64,000 bases of DNA. Origin: Candidatus Latescibacterota bacterium. Lineage in GTDB: Bacteria; Latescibacterota; UBA2968; UBA8231. This document shows positions 41,219 through 50,825 of this stretch, piece by piece (the first letter of the stretch is position 1; every line of letters starts with the position of its first letter). Under the pieces are notes generated by a model that was given only the letters and a program-made list of their open reading frames with translations, was not told the origin of the DNA and did no database searches. The stretch is taken from contig CBDCXV010000001.1 of assembly GCA_965223905.1 (NCBI GenBank), positions 832,001-896,000 of the forward strand, read 5' to 3'. The position numbers and the translations under genes were made by a program.

Positions 41219-42283
41219 ATGGCTGCCGTCAGAATCGGCGTCGTCGGGTGCGGCGCCATCGCCCAGGTCCATCACCTGCCCAACCTCGCCCTGCTGCAGG
41301 ACCTGTTCGAGGTCCCGGTGGTCTGCGACATCTCACCGGACCTCGCCGAAGCGGTCGCATCGCAGTTCCACGTTCCGCGATACGTCACCGATTACCGCGA
41401 GCTGCTGGACGCCGGCGTCGACGCCGTGCTGCTGTGCCACGGCGACCCCAAGACCGAGGCAGGGCTCGCGGTGCTGGAGGCGGGGAAGCACCTGTTCATC
41501 GAAAAACCGGTCTGCTTCACCCTGTCGGACGCCGATGCCATGATCGCCGCGGCGCGCAGGGCCGGAGTGGTGGCGCAGGCGGGGTACATGAAGGCCCACG
41601 ACCCTGCCTTCGAGCTGCTCGCGCGGGAGGTCGAGTCGATGGGGCCGGTTCGCTTCATCCAGGTCAACCATCTGCACACCGACAACAGCCATCACCTGGT
41701 GCACTTCGGGGTCAGGCGGGCAGGGGGCCTGCCTTCCGCGGCGAGCGTCAAGAGAGCCGACGATGTCGCCGAAGCCCTGGGAAGCGGAATCCCTGAGGAG
41801 GCGAGGCGGATCTTCTTCGTCCTCGCCGGCAGCATGATACACGATCTCTACGGTCTGAGGATTCTGTTCGGGCAGCCGGAACGGGTCGTGAGCACGGAGG
41901 TCTGGAACGGGGGCTTCGGTGTAACCGCAATCCTCGCGTACGCCTCAGGGGCCCGCTGCGCGGCGACCTGGGTGGAGCTTTCGGGGATCAAGGAGTTCGT
42001 CGAGACCCTCGAGGTCTACGGCGACGACCGCGGCGCCGTGCTGTCCTACCCGACGGGGTTCTCGCGCGGCATCCCGTCGCAGCTGGAATTCCGCGGCGTC
42101 GACGGCGAGGGCCGCCCCTTTCGCCGGCAGCCGTTCGTCGACTGGGAGATCCCGTTCGTGCGCGAGCTTCGCCACTTCCACGCCTGCATCGCGGAAGGAG
42201 TCGAGTGCCGTACATCGCTGGAGGGGGCGCGGGACGACGTCGCCCTCGTGATCGACATCGTGCGCGCCTACCTCGACCGGTGA
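41219..42283 (+). CDS. Gfo/Idh/MocA family oxidoreductase
   Basis: IGVVGCGAIAQVHH, GKHLFIEKP, SMIHD, ELRHFHACI. Confidence 0.92.
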   Translation: MAAVRIGVVGCGAIAQVHHLPNLALLQDLFEVPVVCDISPDLAEAVASQFHVPRYVTDYRELLDAGVDAVLLCHGDPKTEAGLAVLEAGKHLFIEKPVCFTLSDADAMIAAARRAGVVAQAGYMKAHDPAFELLAREVESMGPVRFIQVNHLHTDNSHHLVHFGVRRAGGLPSAASVKRADDVAEALGSGIPEEARRIFFVLAGSMIHDLYGLRILFGQPERVVSTEVWNGGFGVTAILAYASGARCAATWVELSGIKEFVETLEVYGDDRGAVLSYPTGFSRGIPSQLEFRGVDGEGRPFRRQPFVDWEIPFVRELRHFHACIAEGVECRTSLEGARDDVALVIDIVRAYLDR

Positions 42284-42479
42284 GGGGCCCCGGAGAACGG
42301 TTCAACACCTGCGGCTCCAACCTAAACCCACGGCACCGGCCCGACCCCTGCGAGACCAACAGGCGGCATTCCGGGGGGTCCGTACAGAGCAGCTCCGACT
42401 TTCAGAAATCGACCTCTGGAGCACACGAACCCTCCATCCGTTTCGCCCGGGCCACCGGCTCCCAGGCGAGGCCGGAACT

Positions 42480-42770
42480 TCAGATCCGTTCCTTCAACCG
42501 GCCCCACGAGCTCGGCGCCACGTTCGTTCCTTCCGGTGAGGGATACAACCCGGCGCCGATGTAATAGTCCCCACCCAGAATCTCGACGGGTGCGGCGTAG
42601 CTCACCTTGGGGGATTCGTCGGCACCTCTATCGCCGGATTGTCCCAGAGGTATTCGACGAACCCTCCTCCGGATTTTGCCGCGGGGATCAGTTCCTGCAC
42701 GGCCATATGACCCCGTTGCTGTCCACCTGGTCGATGTTGTTGGTGCCTTCGCGCGCGGGAACGGCGGCGA
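42480..42770 (-). pseudogene. Remnant of a Cache-domain (sCache_2-like) protein with a C-terminal SWGxxK motif
   Basis: Across two frameshifts it reads EGTNNIDQVDSNGV / AVQELIPAAKSGGGFVEYLWDNPAIE / ADESPKVSYAAPVEILGGDYYIGAGLYPSPEGTNVAPSSWGRLKERI*. Confidence 0.7.
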
Positions 42771-42793
42771 GACGCACTGGGCCCAGCGGTGTC

Positions 42794-43678
42794 CTACCCG
42801 TCATGCCGCCCTTTGCGTGCCCTCATCCACGCCTGGAAGAACGAAGCCATCGTCGGAAACCGCGCTGCCGGGTCCATGCGGCAGGCGCGTTCGACGGCCT
42901 CGAACAGGCCGTCGCAGTCGACGAATCTCGATCGTTCCATTTCTCCCTGGGCGAGGAAGACCGCGGCGGCGCGCCCCATGGTGAAAACCGTGGTGCGCTC
43001 GTCGATACGGGCCCCCAGCTCGAACTCTTCGGGGGCCATGAATCGCGACGAGCCGAACATGCGTCCCATGCCGTTGTAGAAGGGACCCTGCCGGTACAGG
43101 TCGAGGTCGACGAGGTGCACGGCCTTTCGGTCGAAGTCGTATATCACCGATCCGTCGTAGAAGTCGCAGGCGATCCAACCCCGCTCGGCAAGCCGGACGT
43201 GAACGTCGAAGATTTCATCCAGGGCGAGAAGAATCGCCTTCCGCGGCTGGTGAACGAACCGGTAGAACGAGGAGCCCGGGCGGATCCGCTCTTCGGGCTC
43301 GACCCGCAGGAGCACGCCGTCGACCCAGTCGTACACGAGCAGGGGACCCTCCGGGGACTCGACCAGGTTGTGAAGGGTCGGCAGGGCCCTGTGCGCGAGC
43401 GAACGGGCCAGCGCCTCGGCGTTGCGCAGGAGGTCGCTCCTGGCGCGGTGGTCGGCATGCGGCGTGGAGAATTCGGGCTCGCCCGCGGTCTTGACGAAGA
43501 ACCTGCGCCCGGAGACGTCTACCCCGTACGATACGTTGCCGGAATCCTGGGTCGCCTCGTCGAAACGGGCGAACAGCTCCCCGCAGGTACGTAGGAAATC
43601 GACGGCCCGGAGTGAGGTTTCGCGCGCGGTTGTCAGCGGCGTGAGGTTTCCCTGCGGCTGATTACCGTCGCTGCTCAC
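42794..43678 (-). CDS. Stand-alone Ser/Thr protein kinase-like protein
   Basis: FFVK (ATP Lys), LVYDWVDG, IACDFYDGS (catalytic loop), LVDLD, GSSRFMAPEE, DPAARF. Confidence 0.8.
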   Translation of the reverse strand: MSSDGNQPQGNLTPLTTARETSLRAVDFLRTCGELFARFDEATQDSGNVSYGVDVSGRRFFVKTAGEPEFSTPHADHRARSDLLRNAEALARSLAHRALPTLHNLVESPEGPLLVYDWVDGVLLRVEPEERIRPGSSFYRFVHQPRKAILLALDEIFDVHVRLAERGWIACDFYDGSVIYDFDRKAVHLVDLDLYRQGPFYNGMGRMFGSSRFMAPEEFELGARIDERTTVFTMGRAAAVFLAQGEMERSRFVDCDGLFEAVERACRMDPAARFPTMASFFQAWMRARKGRHDG

Positions 43679-43800
43679 GGTTTCAATTCCGGTTCCGGGG
43701 GGGGTTGGTGCGGATGGTCATCGTGGCTGAGAGCTATGCGCAGAGGGATCGCCTGTGCGCTGCGCATAGCCGGTCCATCATCGGTTGATTCCTTTTGTCC

Positions 43801-44185
43801 ATGCGAAACATCGCTATTCTGATCCTGCCCCTGGTCGCCGTGGAGGTTGATCCGCCTTCGTCGAGTCGGCCAGCGGCCTTCCCAACGAGACGGAAGTGCG
43901 GCGGAACCTGGCCGGCATGGCGACGGTTGCGCGGGCCAGGCTGCGCGACCGGTTGCCAGGCTACCAAGTGCTCCTCGGGGCGGACTGCGCCATCGGGGAA
44001 ACTCTGGTCCTCGGCATCCGGGGGCGCCGGGTCGGCATCGGGAACTTTCAGGGAGGGGGAGCCTACGACCTGCTGCGCAGCCACGTCACCAATCCGCGGC
44101 TCGACGGCAGGGGCCGGTGACCTACCGGGTGAGGATTCCGGACACGGTCTTCCTCCTCGGCATCGGCTTGACCCATTACCTCTGA
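43801..44185 (+). pseudogene. Possible frameshifted remnant of a secreted/outer-membrane protein
   Basis: Signal-peptide-like MRNIAILILPLVAV, a protein-like middle segment in another frame, and a beta-strand-like end VFLLGIGLTHYL*. Confidence 0.35.
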
Positions 44186-44195
44186 GGGAATATAG

Positions 44196-44223
44196 TTGAA
44201 GACATTTTGTAAATATGTATACA
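44196..44223 (+). promoter_or_regulatory. Putative promoter of the mcrBC-like pair
   Basis: AT-rich patch containing TTGAAG, 16-nt spacer, TATACA. Confidence 0.35.
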
Positions 44224-44399
44224 CAGGATACTTGAAGGGAGGGATATCCCAATCCTCGCAAGGCCCCTTGCATTTGGCGGCGGCAGCCGTCCAAAGAAAC
44301 CAACAGGCCCTGATTTCGCAGTTTTCGACCGACGAAGCATTGAGGGCGAATCTGCGCCCACAACCGTGAGAGAGGTCCAACAACCCATGGAAAACGAAC

Positions 44400-45908
44400 A
44401 TGCAACCTGAGTCTGAGGCAAACTGGTTTGTTGGTGCCACTTGGGGGGAAGACCACGACGACCAGACCCGGCGTTTTCTGCGCGAAGGGATTTGGGAAAA
44501 TGGATATGACGACAAATACCTTGATCTTGTGCGTTCAATGCAGCCGGGAAATCGGATCGCGATCAAGTCCTGCTATACCCGCATGCATGACCTTCCTTTT
44601 GACAGCCGTGGTCACCGGGTTTCCGTCATGGCTATCAAGGCGATCGGAACGATAACCGAAAATCTAGGCGACGGAAAACGCGTACGAGTGGATTGGGAAA
44701 AACGAGACCTTGAGAGGGAATGGTACTTTTCCACTTATCTTCAAACCATACATCTTGTGAATCCTGGAAAATGGAGAACCGACGCTCTAATTGCTTTCAC
44801 CTTCGAAGGGAAGTCCCAAGGCATAAATCGCTTTCGCAACGACCCACAATGGCGGGACCGATTTGGAGACGATGTCAGTCGTGTAGAAGACAACGACCAA
44901 AATGAGCTGAGAAGCGATATAGCCATCAGCGTCCCGGAGTTCCACGAAATCAACGAACGGATAAAAAAAGCAGGGATCTTTCCGCTCGACCTGTGCAGAC
45001 AGCTTCACCTCGGACTGTGGGCCAACGAAAGTCGTCACTTTGCCATCCTTACCGGCATTTCAGGCTCTGGAAAAACGCTGCTTGCCCGGACCTATGGAAA
45101 GGCACTGACGGGCGGCAAAGAGCCCTACTACTGCGTGGTACCCGTACAACCCGGCTGGACGGACCCCTCCTTCCTCCTCGGTTATCCCAACCCACTGAAA
45201 GGAGATTACTACGTAAAGACTCCATTTTTCAAATTGCTACGGAGCGCCATCAACAAACCCGATATGCCTCACGTGGCAATACTCGATGAAATGAATCTCT
45301 CCCACCCGGAGCAATACCTTGCGCCCGTGCTGAGCGCAATGGAAACCGACGATGACGATAAACTGGAACTCCACGGCCAGAAGGACGACTTCGACGGGGT
45401 TCCCCGTTCCTTACCCTACCCGAAAAATCTGGTCCTGATCGGCACTGTCAACATGGACGAGACCACAGTGGGGGTTTCCGACAAGGTTCTCGACCGCGCA
45501 TTTACTATCGAATTCTGGGACATAGATGTTGACGCTTGGCCAGGGTGGAATTCGCACCAGTTACAGGAGGACCAAGCAGACAAAGTGAAGGGTGTGCTGA
45601 GAGAACTCATGGGTGTACTAAAGCCAGCGAGATTGCATTTCGGCTATCGAATTATCGACGAAGTAGTCGCTTTTCTCACCCAAAGAGAGGCACAAATACC
45701 CGAATGGGACTTTGGGGTGTCGTTTGACCACGTGATCTACGCCAAGGTGCTACCCAAGTTGCGCGGTGACGATTCCAAACGCGTTCAAGATGCATTCACA
45801 CGGTGCATGGAGGTGTTGGAAAGGCACAACTTGAAAAACTGTCTCCTTAAGGTTAGAGAAATGAAAGCAGACCTTGAATCCACGGGTAGTTCCCGTTTCT
45901 GGCGTTGA
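44400..45908 (+). CDS. mcrB: McrB-family AAA+ GTPase (type IV restriction motor subunit)
   Basis: N-terminal WFVGA...QTRRFLREGIWENGY domain, ILTGISGSGKT, ILDEMN, McrB signature GTVNMDET, KVLDRA, KVLPKLRG. Confidence 0.9.
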   Translation: MQPESEANWFVGATWGEDHDDQTRRFLREGIWENGYDDKYLDLVRSMQPGNRIAIKSCYTRMHDLPFDSRGHRVSVMAIKAIGTITENLGDGKRVRVDWEKRDLEREWYFSTYLQTIHLVNPGKWRTDALIAFTFEGKSQGINRFRNDPQWRDRFGDDVSRVEDNDQNELRSDIAISVPEFHEINERIKKAGIFPLDLCRQLHLGLWANESRHFAILTGISGSGKTLLARTYGKALTGGKEPYYCVVPVQPGWTDPSFLLGYPNPLKGDYYVKTPFFKLLRSAINKPDMPHVAILDEMNLSHPEQYLAPVLSAMETDDDDKLELHGQKDDFDGVPRSLPYPKNLVLIGTVNMDETTVGVSDKVLDRAFTIEFWDIDVDAWPGWNSHQLQEDQADKVKGVLRELMGVLKPARLHFGYRIIDEVVAFLTQREAQIPEWDFGVSFDHVIYAKVLPKLRGDDSKRVQDAFTRCMEVLERHNLKNCLLKVREMKADLESTGSSRFWR

Positions 45909-47509
45909 GGTGTGCCGTGGATTTCTCCCTATCGGTCGAACGGGACGGGGAACTTCGCAACCTGAAGGTTTCGACCAATGACGCCCCAGGACCAGCACCG
46001 GAACAAAACCGGGGATTCCAGGAAATACAAGAGGCCATTTTTCATGGTCCACAGGAAAAAGGCTGGCGCCTGTTGATAGACGACGCGCCTCTGGCACTGG
46101 TTGATGAGGGTCGTTCGGGCGTTTGGGCCTGGGAACCGGGTTTTTTTGCCGGCGAAGTTGAGGCCACACTTCAGGACGCGACAGGAACCTGCCGGGGACG
46201 CTGGCGCTTGGATGTGAGCCCGGATATCCACAAGTTGGGACGGGACGACTTCGTTGTGATGTTGCAAGAAATCTGGGAGTGCGACCCCACGTTTGCCCTC
46301 GGTGCGGAACCGGCTCGCCGACAGTTCGGCGTACTCGGCGAACATCCGGCGGACTTCGTCATCATCGAGTTTTTGCGACTTCGGTACCGCGCAACAGATA
46401 TCGAGCAATCGCTTCGTGTCCTGTTGGAGGAACCCATCCGCTCGCTACGCACCCGCCGCCGACTGTCCCCGCCCCACCTGGTGCGCCGCGCCGACCGTCA
46501 TACAGAGCGTTCTGCGCTACGTCAACCAGGACTTCTTGCCGTCATTGGCGCTGTCCAGCCTGACGACTTGCCCGCATTCACCAAACAACCCGAACAACCT
46601 GTGGTCGATGTGCCGGACGTCGCCTATCACTACGATAATGCGACCAATCGTTGCCTGCTCTACATCCTGCAAGCAGTGATACGCCGCTGCAAAAACCTGC
46701 GTGACCTGCTAGAAAAGGAGGCCGGAAAAGTCGACTCATCCATTGTACAACGCTGGCCCGAATGGAGGAAATTCCTCGATGCCTTCCATCAGAAACTGGA
46801 GACCACTGAACGCTGCTTGCCCTTCCCCGAAGTCACCAAAGCGGAAGTGACCGCCGCTGGTCTAAATGCGGTCTCCGCTCATCCATTGTGTGCCCGATTC
46901 TGGCGGGTCAGCTGGGAAGCCCTCCGCCAAGGCGTTACTGGGCCAGAGCCAGCGGATTGGCTGCCCCTAAGTCCCACCTGGGAGCTTTATGAGAGGTGGT
47001 GTTTTCTCGCGTTATGTCGCTGGCTTAAGGAATTGTTACCGGACGACGTGGATTGGAGGGATATTTACGATTCCGGCAAATATCGCCTACTGAGGGGCCA
47101 GTCGAGCAATGGCGCTACAGTTCGCCTGCATCTACAGCGTACCTTCGGCAGCAGTGAGAACAGGCCGAGAGAATTTTGGTCCATCTCTGGCGAACGCCGA
47201 CCGGATATAGTGCTGGACTGGAGGCGCGGGGGAAACGTCGGCTTCCTGGTGTTTGACGCTAAGTACCGGATATCCCGGGCCAATGTGCTTGAGGCGATGG
47301 AAAGAGCCCATATTTACAACGATTCACTACGAATGAACCGGTCTCGACCCCTCGCCAGCTTGCTTCTCACCCCGGCCCCCACCGATGCCGCATGGCTCGA
47401 AACGAAAAAGTTCTTCGACGAACACGGATCCGGCGTCCTTCCCCTTCACCCTGGGCGAGAGTTGCCTTGTTGGTTCAACGAGCGCGTGCTCGAACGCTTG
47501 GGGTGGTAA
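45905..47509 (+). CDS. mcrC: McrC-like DUF2357 + PD-(D/E)XK nuclease
   Basis: Overlaps the mcrB stop. YDNATNR, WELYERWCF, RRPDIVL...VFDAKYR, HIYNDSL. Confidence 0.85.
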   Translation: MRCAVDFSLSVERDGELRNLKVSTNDAPGPAPEQNRGFQEIQEAIFHGPQEKGWRLLIDDAPLALVDEGRSGVWAWEPGFFAGEVEATLQDATGTCRGRWRLDVSPDIHKLGRDDFVVMLQEIWECDPTFALGAEPARRQFGVLGEHPADFVIIEFLRLRYRATDIEQSLRVLLEEPIRSLRTRRRLSPPHLVRRADRHTERSALRQPGLLAVIGAVQPDDLPAFTKQPEQPVVDVPDVAYHYDNATNRCLLYILQAVIRRCKNLRDLLEKEAGKVDSSIVQRWPEWRKFLDAFHQKLETTERCLPFPEVTKAEVTAAGLNAVSAHPLCARFWRVSWEALRQGVTGPEPADWLPLSPTWELYERWCFLALCRWLKELLPDDVDWRDIYDSGKYRLLRGQSSNGATVRLHLQRTFGSSENRPREFWSISGERRPDIVLDWRRGGNVGFLVFDAKYRISRANVLEAMERAHIYNDSLRMNRSRPLASLLLTPAPTDAAWLETKKFFDEHGSGVLPLHPGRELPCWFNERVLERLGW

Positions 47510-47532
47510 CACCCTAAGGATCCTCCGCGAAG

Positions 47533-49083
47533 TCACTCCCAGATCGAGTTCATCTGCCAGGCGTCGAGCGACCTGAGCCAGGCCTCGCTCCCCTGGGCGC
47601 GCAGCGATACCCCGATGCTGTCGGCGCGCTCCGGATAGACGCGAACCGCCAGGCACTGCCTGCCGTTTGCGAACAGCTCGACCACGCTGCGGTCGACGAA
47701 CACCCGCAGCTCGAGAAGCTCCCCTTCGCCGAGCAGCACCGGGGCGGTTTCCGGGGCCCGGGAGAGCGCGTCGGCGGCGACCGAGGAGTAGGAGGAATCG
47801 ATGGTCAGCAGGCTCTGCCGGGCGTCCCTGCCGAAAACCCGCCGCAGGGAAAAGCCGCGGTCCCTGAAGAAGGCGACGCGCGTGAACTCCTCGCGGTCCG
47901 GGGAGCGCAGCAGGTTCAGCTCGACCATGGGGGCCTCGCGCGGATCGATTTCCGCGATGATCTCGAGCGCGTTTCCCGCCACCGAGTCGAGCACGATTTC
48001 CCGGTTGGCCGGCAGGCTCATGTTCTCGATCCGCTCATGGGTTCCGCGCACCGACTCGATGTCCCCTGCCGGTGTCATCGAGAGATCGTCGCCGTCGACG
48101 GACAGCCGTCTCGGCAGCGTCATGATCTGGTTCCAGCCCTCCGTCGGCTTGCCTGGGTTCATGTTGAAGATCGCGATCACGTCCCCGCTTCCGTCCGGGG
48201 TGGCCGACGGCGCGTGCAGCCCGGAAGGGGAGGCGGCGCCGAAATTGAACTTCTGCCCGTGGGTGACGACGAACTTGTCCCGCTCGCGGTCGTAGTCGCC
48301 GAGCAGGTACTGGCCGCCGCTCATGTGGCTGAAGAAGAGGAGGATGTGGCGGTCCCCGATCGGCCAGAAGTAGGGGCAGGCGCCGTCGTCGCCGACGAGG
48401 GTGAAGGCGTCGTCCTCGACGAACGGGTGCAGGTACTCCCAGTGCTCGAGGTCGTCCGAGCTCAGCAGGAAGTTTGCGCGCACCGGTTTTCCCGCGGGTC
48501 CCTCCGGCTTGGTCCCGGCCGACAGCGAGTAGTAGGTGCCGTCCTTCCTCCAGATGCAGGGGTCGAACACCCTGTACGGCAGTTCGGAACCGTCGGGGCC
48601 CCGAATCGGGATCACCGCCCTGTTCGCCACCTTCTCCCAGTTGAGCAGCAGCGGATCGCTCGACACGGCGACCATGTTGCCTGCCTGCGTGCCGTGGTAG
48701 ATGGCGATGACGCGGTCCTCCTCGACCAGGGTCGCCCCGGAGAAGCACCTCTCCTCCGGATCGGGGTAGATGCAGTAGGGCAGATCGCGCCAGTGGATGA
48801 GGTCGTCGGAGATGGCGTGGCCCCAGTGCTGGCGGGTGTCCTCCGGCGGGTAGGCCTGGTAGAACAGGTGCCAGCGGTCCTGCCAGCGGCAGAGGCCGTT
48901 CGGATCGTTCAGCATCGCCTCGGGATTGACGTAGTGGTAGAGCGGCCGGTACGGGTCCGCGGCGTAGGCCTTGCGCGACGCGAGCAACCGCTGCATAAGC
49001 GGGTTGGAGGCCAGGGCCGCTTCCTGCTCCGCCAGAGAGTCGGGAAACCTGTACCGGGGAACTTTCGAAGTGAGATCGGTCAT
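47533..49083 (-). CDS. Glycoside hydrolase family 32 protein (non-canonical catalytic motifs)
   Basis: LNDPNG, WHLFYQ, HWGHA.S.DLIHW, CFSG, FDP, GACP, C-terminal LRVFVDRSVVELFANG. Confidence 0.9.
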   Translation of the reverse strand: MTDLTSKVPRYRFPDSLAEQEAALASNPLMQRLLASRKAYAADPYRPLYHYVNPEAMLNDPNGLCRWQDRWHLFYQAYPPEDTRQHWGHAISDDLIHWRDLPYCIYPDPEERCFSGATLVEEDRVIAIYHGTQAGNMVAVSSDPLLLNWEKVANRAVIPIRGPDGSELPYRVFDPCIWRKDGTYYSLSAGTKPEGPAGKPVRANFLLSSDDLEHWEYLHPFVEDDAFTLVGDDGACPYFWPIGDRHILLFFSHMSGGQYLLGDYDRERDKFVVTHGQKFNFGAASPSGLHAPSATPDGSGDVIAIFNMNPGKPTEGWNQIMTLPRRLSVDGDDLSMTPAGDIESVRGTHERIENMSLPANREIVLDSVAGNALEIIAEIDPREAPMVELNLLRSPDREEFTRVAFFRDRGFSLRRVFGRDARQSLLTIDSSYSSVAADALSRAPETAPVLLGEGELLELRVFVDRSVVELFANGRQCLAVRVYPERADSIGVSLRAQGSEAWLRSLDAWQMNSIWE

Positions 49084-49328
49084 CTTCTGCTCCTGTTGGG
49101 TTCGCTGCTGTCAGCGGGTGTGTCGGGGAATTTCTCGGACCCTCACCTCGGTTCGCCGCCGATTCCGGTCCCGGTTATCGGGAGATTTGGATGGGCCTCA
49201 CCGGCGTGCCCCCTGTTCCGGCCGGGAACTACCGTCCATCCCAGACCGGGGCTGCCCCGCCACGGGTCAGGCAGCCACGCCTTGGGGGGGCAGTACTCGC
49301 GCTCTCTGGATCGCGACCCTGCCCGGAA

Positions 49329-50675
49329 CTACCGGGAATCGCCGTGACATGCGCTTCTCTGGGCGGTGATCCCGCTGTCCCCTGGAAACGCGAGCGATTC
49401 GTCGAGAGGTCCGTACAGGTGATGAAAGCCGTTCGTCACCACCGTGTCGACATCCGGCGCCGATGCCGCCACGCCGTCGCTGACCAGCCGCGAGGCGATT
49501 TTCCTCGACCCGGCGGCGAAATCCAGGGCGAGACCTGCACCCATTCCCTCCGATGCGGCCAGGCGCTGGAAGTGGGCCCGGATCAGCGCCGGGGGATCGC
49601 CGGCAGATCGAACTGAATTCCACTCGATTCCCGCTTCCGCCAGGGCTCCGAGGGCGCCGTCGACCGCCGGCAACCTGCCGTCTTCCAGCGGGCGGTACGC
49701 CCCGGCGCCGGAGTCGAAAACCCCGGAGCGGCCGCGTCCGTCGTACTGGAAGAAGCCGTCCTTCTGGCTGCCGTCCCCGCGCTGGCCCCCGAGCCGGCCT
49801 TCGGCAACCATGTGAGAGAACAGCGGCGACGAAAATGCTTCCCCTTCGATGTAGCGATCCATCACCTCGAGAATCGCGGCGAAGATGTCGATGCCGGCGT
49901 AGTCGATGACCTGGAAGATTCCCATCGGGCGCAGGAGTCCGATCTCGCTGATCGCGTTCACGGCGTAGATCGCTTCCGGCTCGCCGAATTCGCTCCGCAG
50001 GCGGGCGACGCAGGCGGCCGCGAAAAGGCCCTCGCGTATGAAATGGCCGTTGCCGATGAAGCCGGCGATGTCCCGCGAGCGCACGACCGTCTTGCCGAAC
50101 CCGCGGGCGAGCTCCCCGGCAAGGCGCACGAGCCCGGGACGCGTGCCCTGGGCCGGGATCAGCTCTAGAAGCTTCTGGACCGCGGGCGGGTTGTAGAAGT
50201 GAAAGCCGACGACGCGGCCGTCGAGCCCGGCGGCCTCGTCGAGCCGCCGGATCGGAATGGAGGAGGTGTTGGACAGAAAAAGCGCCTCTTGCGGACAGGT
50301 CTCCCGCAGCCGCCGCAGCAGGCCGGTCTTCAGGTCTTCCGACTCGGGCACCGCTTCGAACAGGAGGGTGCAGTCCCGCGCCGCCTCGATCCCGGTGGCG
50401 GTCGAAACCAGGGCCATGGCGCGCTCGCTGAAACTACGGGCCTCCCGATCGTCCCGGAGGCGGCGCTGCGCCCGCCGCAGGAGGTGTCTCTCGAGGTAGG
50501 CCCGCAGGGGCTCGACCGAATGCGGGCGGCTGTCGATCAGGATCAGCCCGCCGGTCCGGTGGCCGTCGACCTCCAGCCGGGCCATGAGCTCCGCGGCGAG
50601 GAGAGCGATGCCGCTGCCCATCTTGCCGCCGGCGCCGATCACCGCGGCGCTGCCGAGTACGCTTTCGATCTGCAC
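49329..50675 (-). CDS. 3-hydroxyacyl-CoA dehydrogenase family protein
   Basis: VIGAGGKMGSGIA, FEAVPE...K, SNTSSIPI, GFHFYNPP..QKLLE, GFIGN, PMGIF. Confidence 0.9.
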   Translation of the reverse strand: MQIESVLGSAAVIGAGGKMGSGIALLAAELMARLEVDGHRTGGLILIDSRPHSVEPLRAYLERHLLRRAQRRLRDDREARSFSERAMALVSTATGIEAARDCTLLFEAVPESEDLKTGLLRRLRETCPQEALFLSNTSSIPIRRLDEAAGLDGRVVGFHFYNPPAVQKLLELIPAQGTRPGLVRLAGELARGFGKTVVRSRDIAGFIGNGHFIREGLFAAACVARLRSEFGEPEAIYAVNAISEIGLLRPMGIFQVIDYAGIDIFAAILEVMDRYIEGEAFSSPLFSHMVAEGRLGGQRGDGSQKDGFFQYDGRGRSGVFDSGAGAYRPLEDGRLPAVDGALGALAEAGIEWNSVRSAGDPPALIRAHFQRLAASEGMGAGLALDFAAGSRKIASRLVSDGVAASAPDVDTVVTNGFHHLYGPLDESLAFPGDSGITAQRSACHGDSR

Positions 50676-50825
50676 GGCTTGTTTCGCAGGAAGGATGTCG
50701 AGATTGTGGGAACGGAGGGTCAGGAAAACAGGGGTGGCGTCCGCAAGCCCGATTTATCGCGTCTTCAGAATATGACGGCATCCGTCCGGGGGGAACCGGA
50801 TCTGATGTTCCAGATTAGGGCTTGG

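Noticed and set aside
49222-49334. Short repeat GGAACTACCG occurring twice about 100 nt apart
   Set aside because: Two short copies only; not a CRISPR array or a credible target-site duplication.
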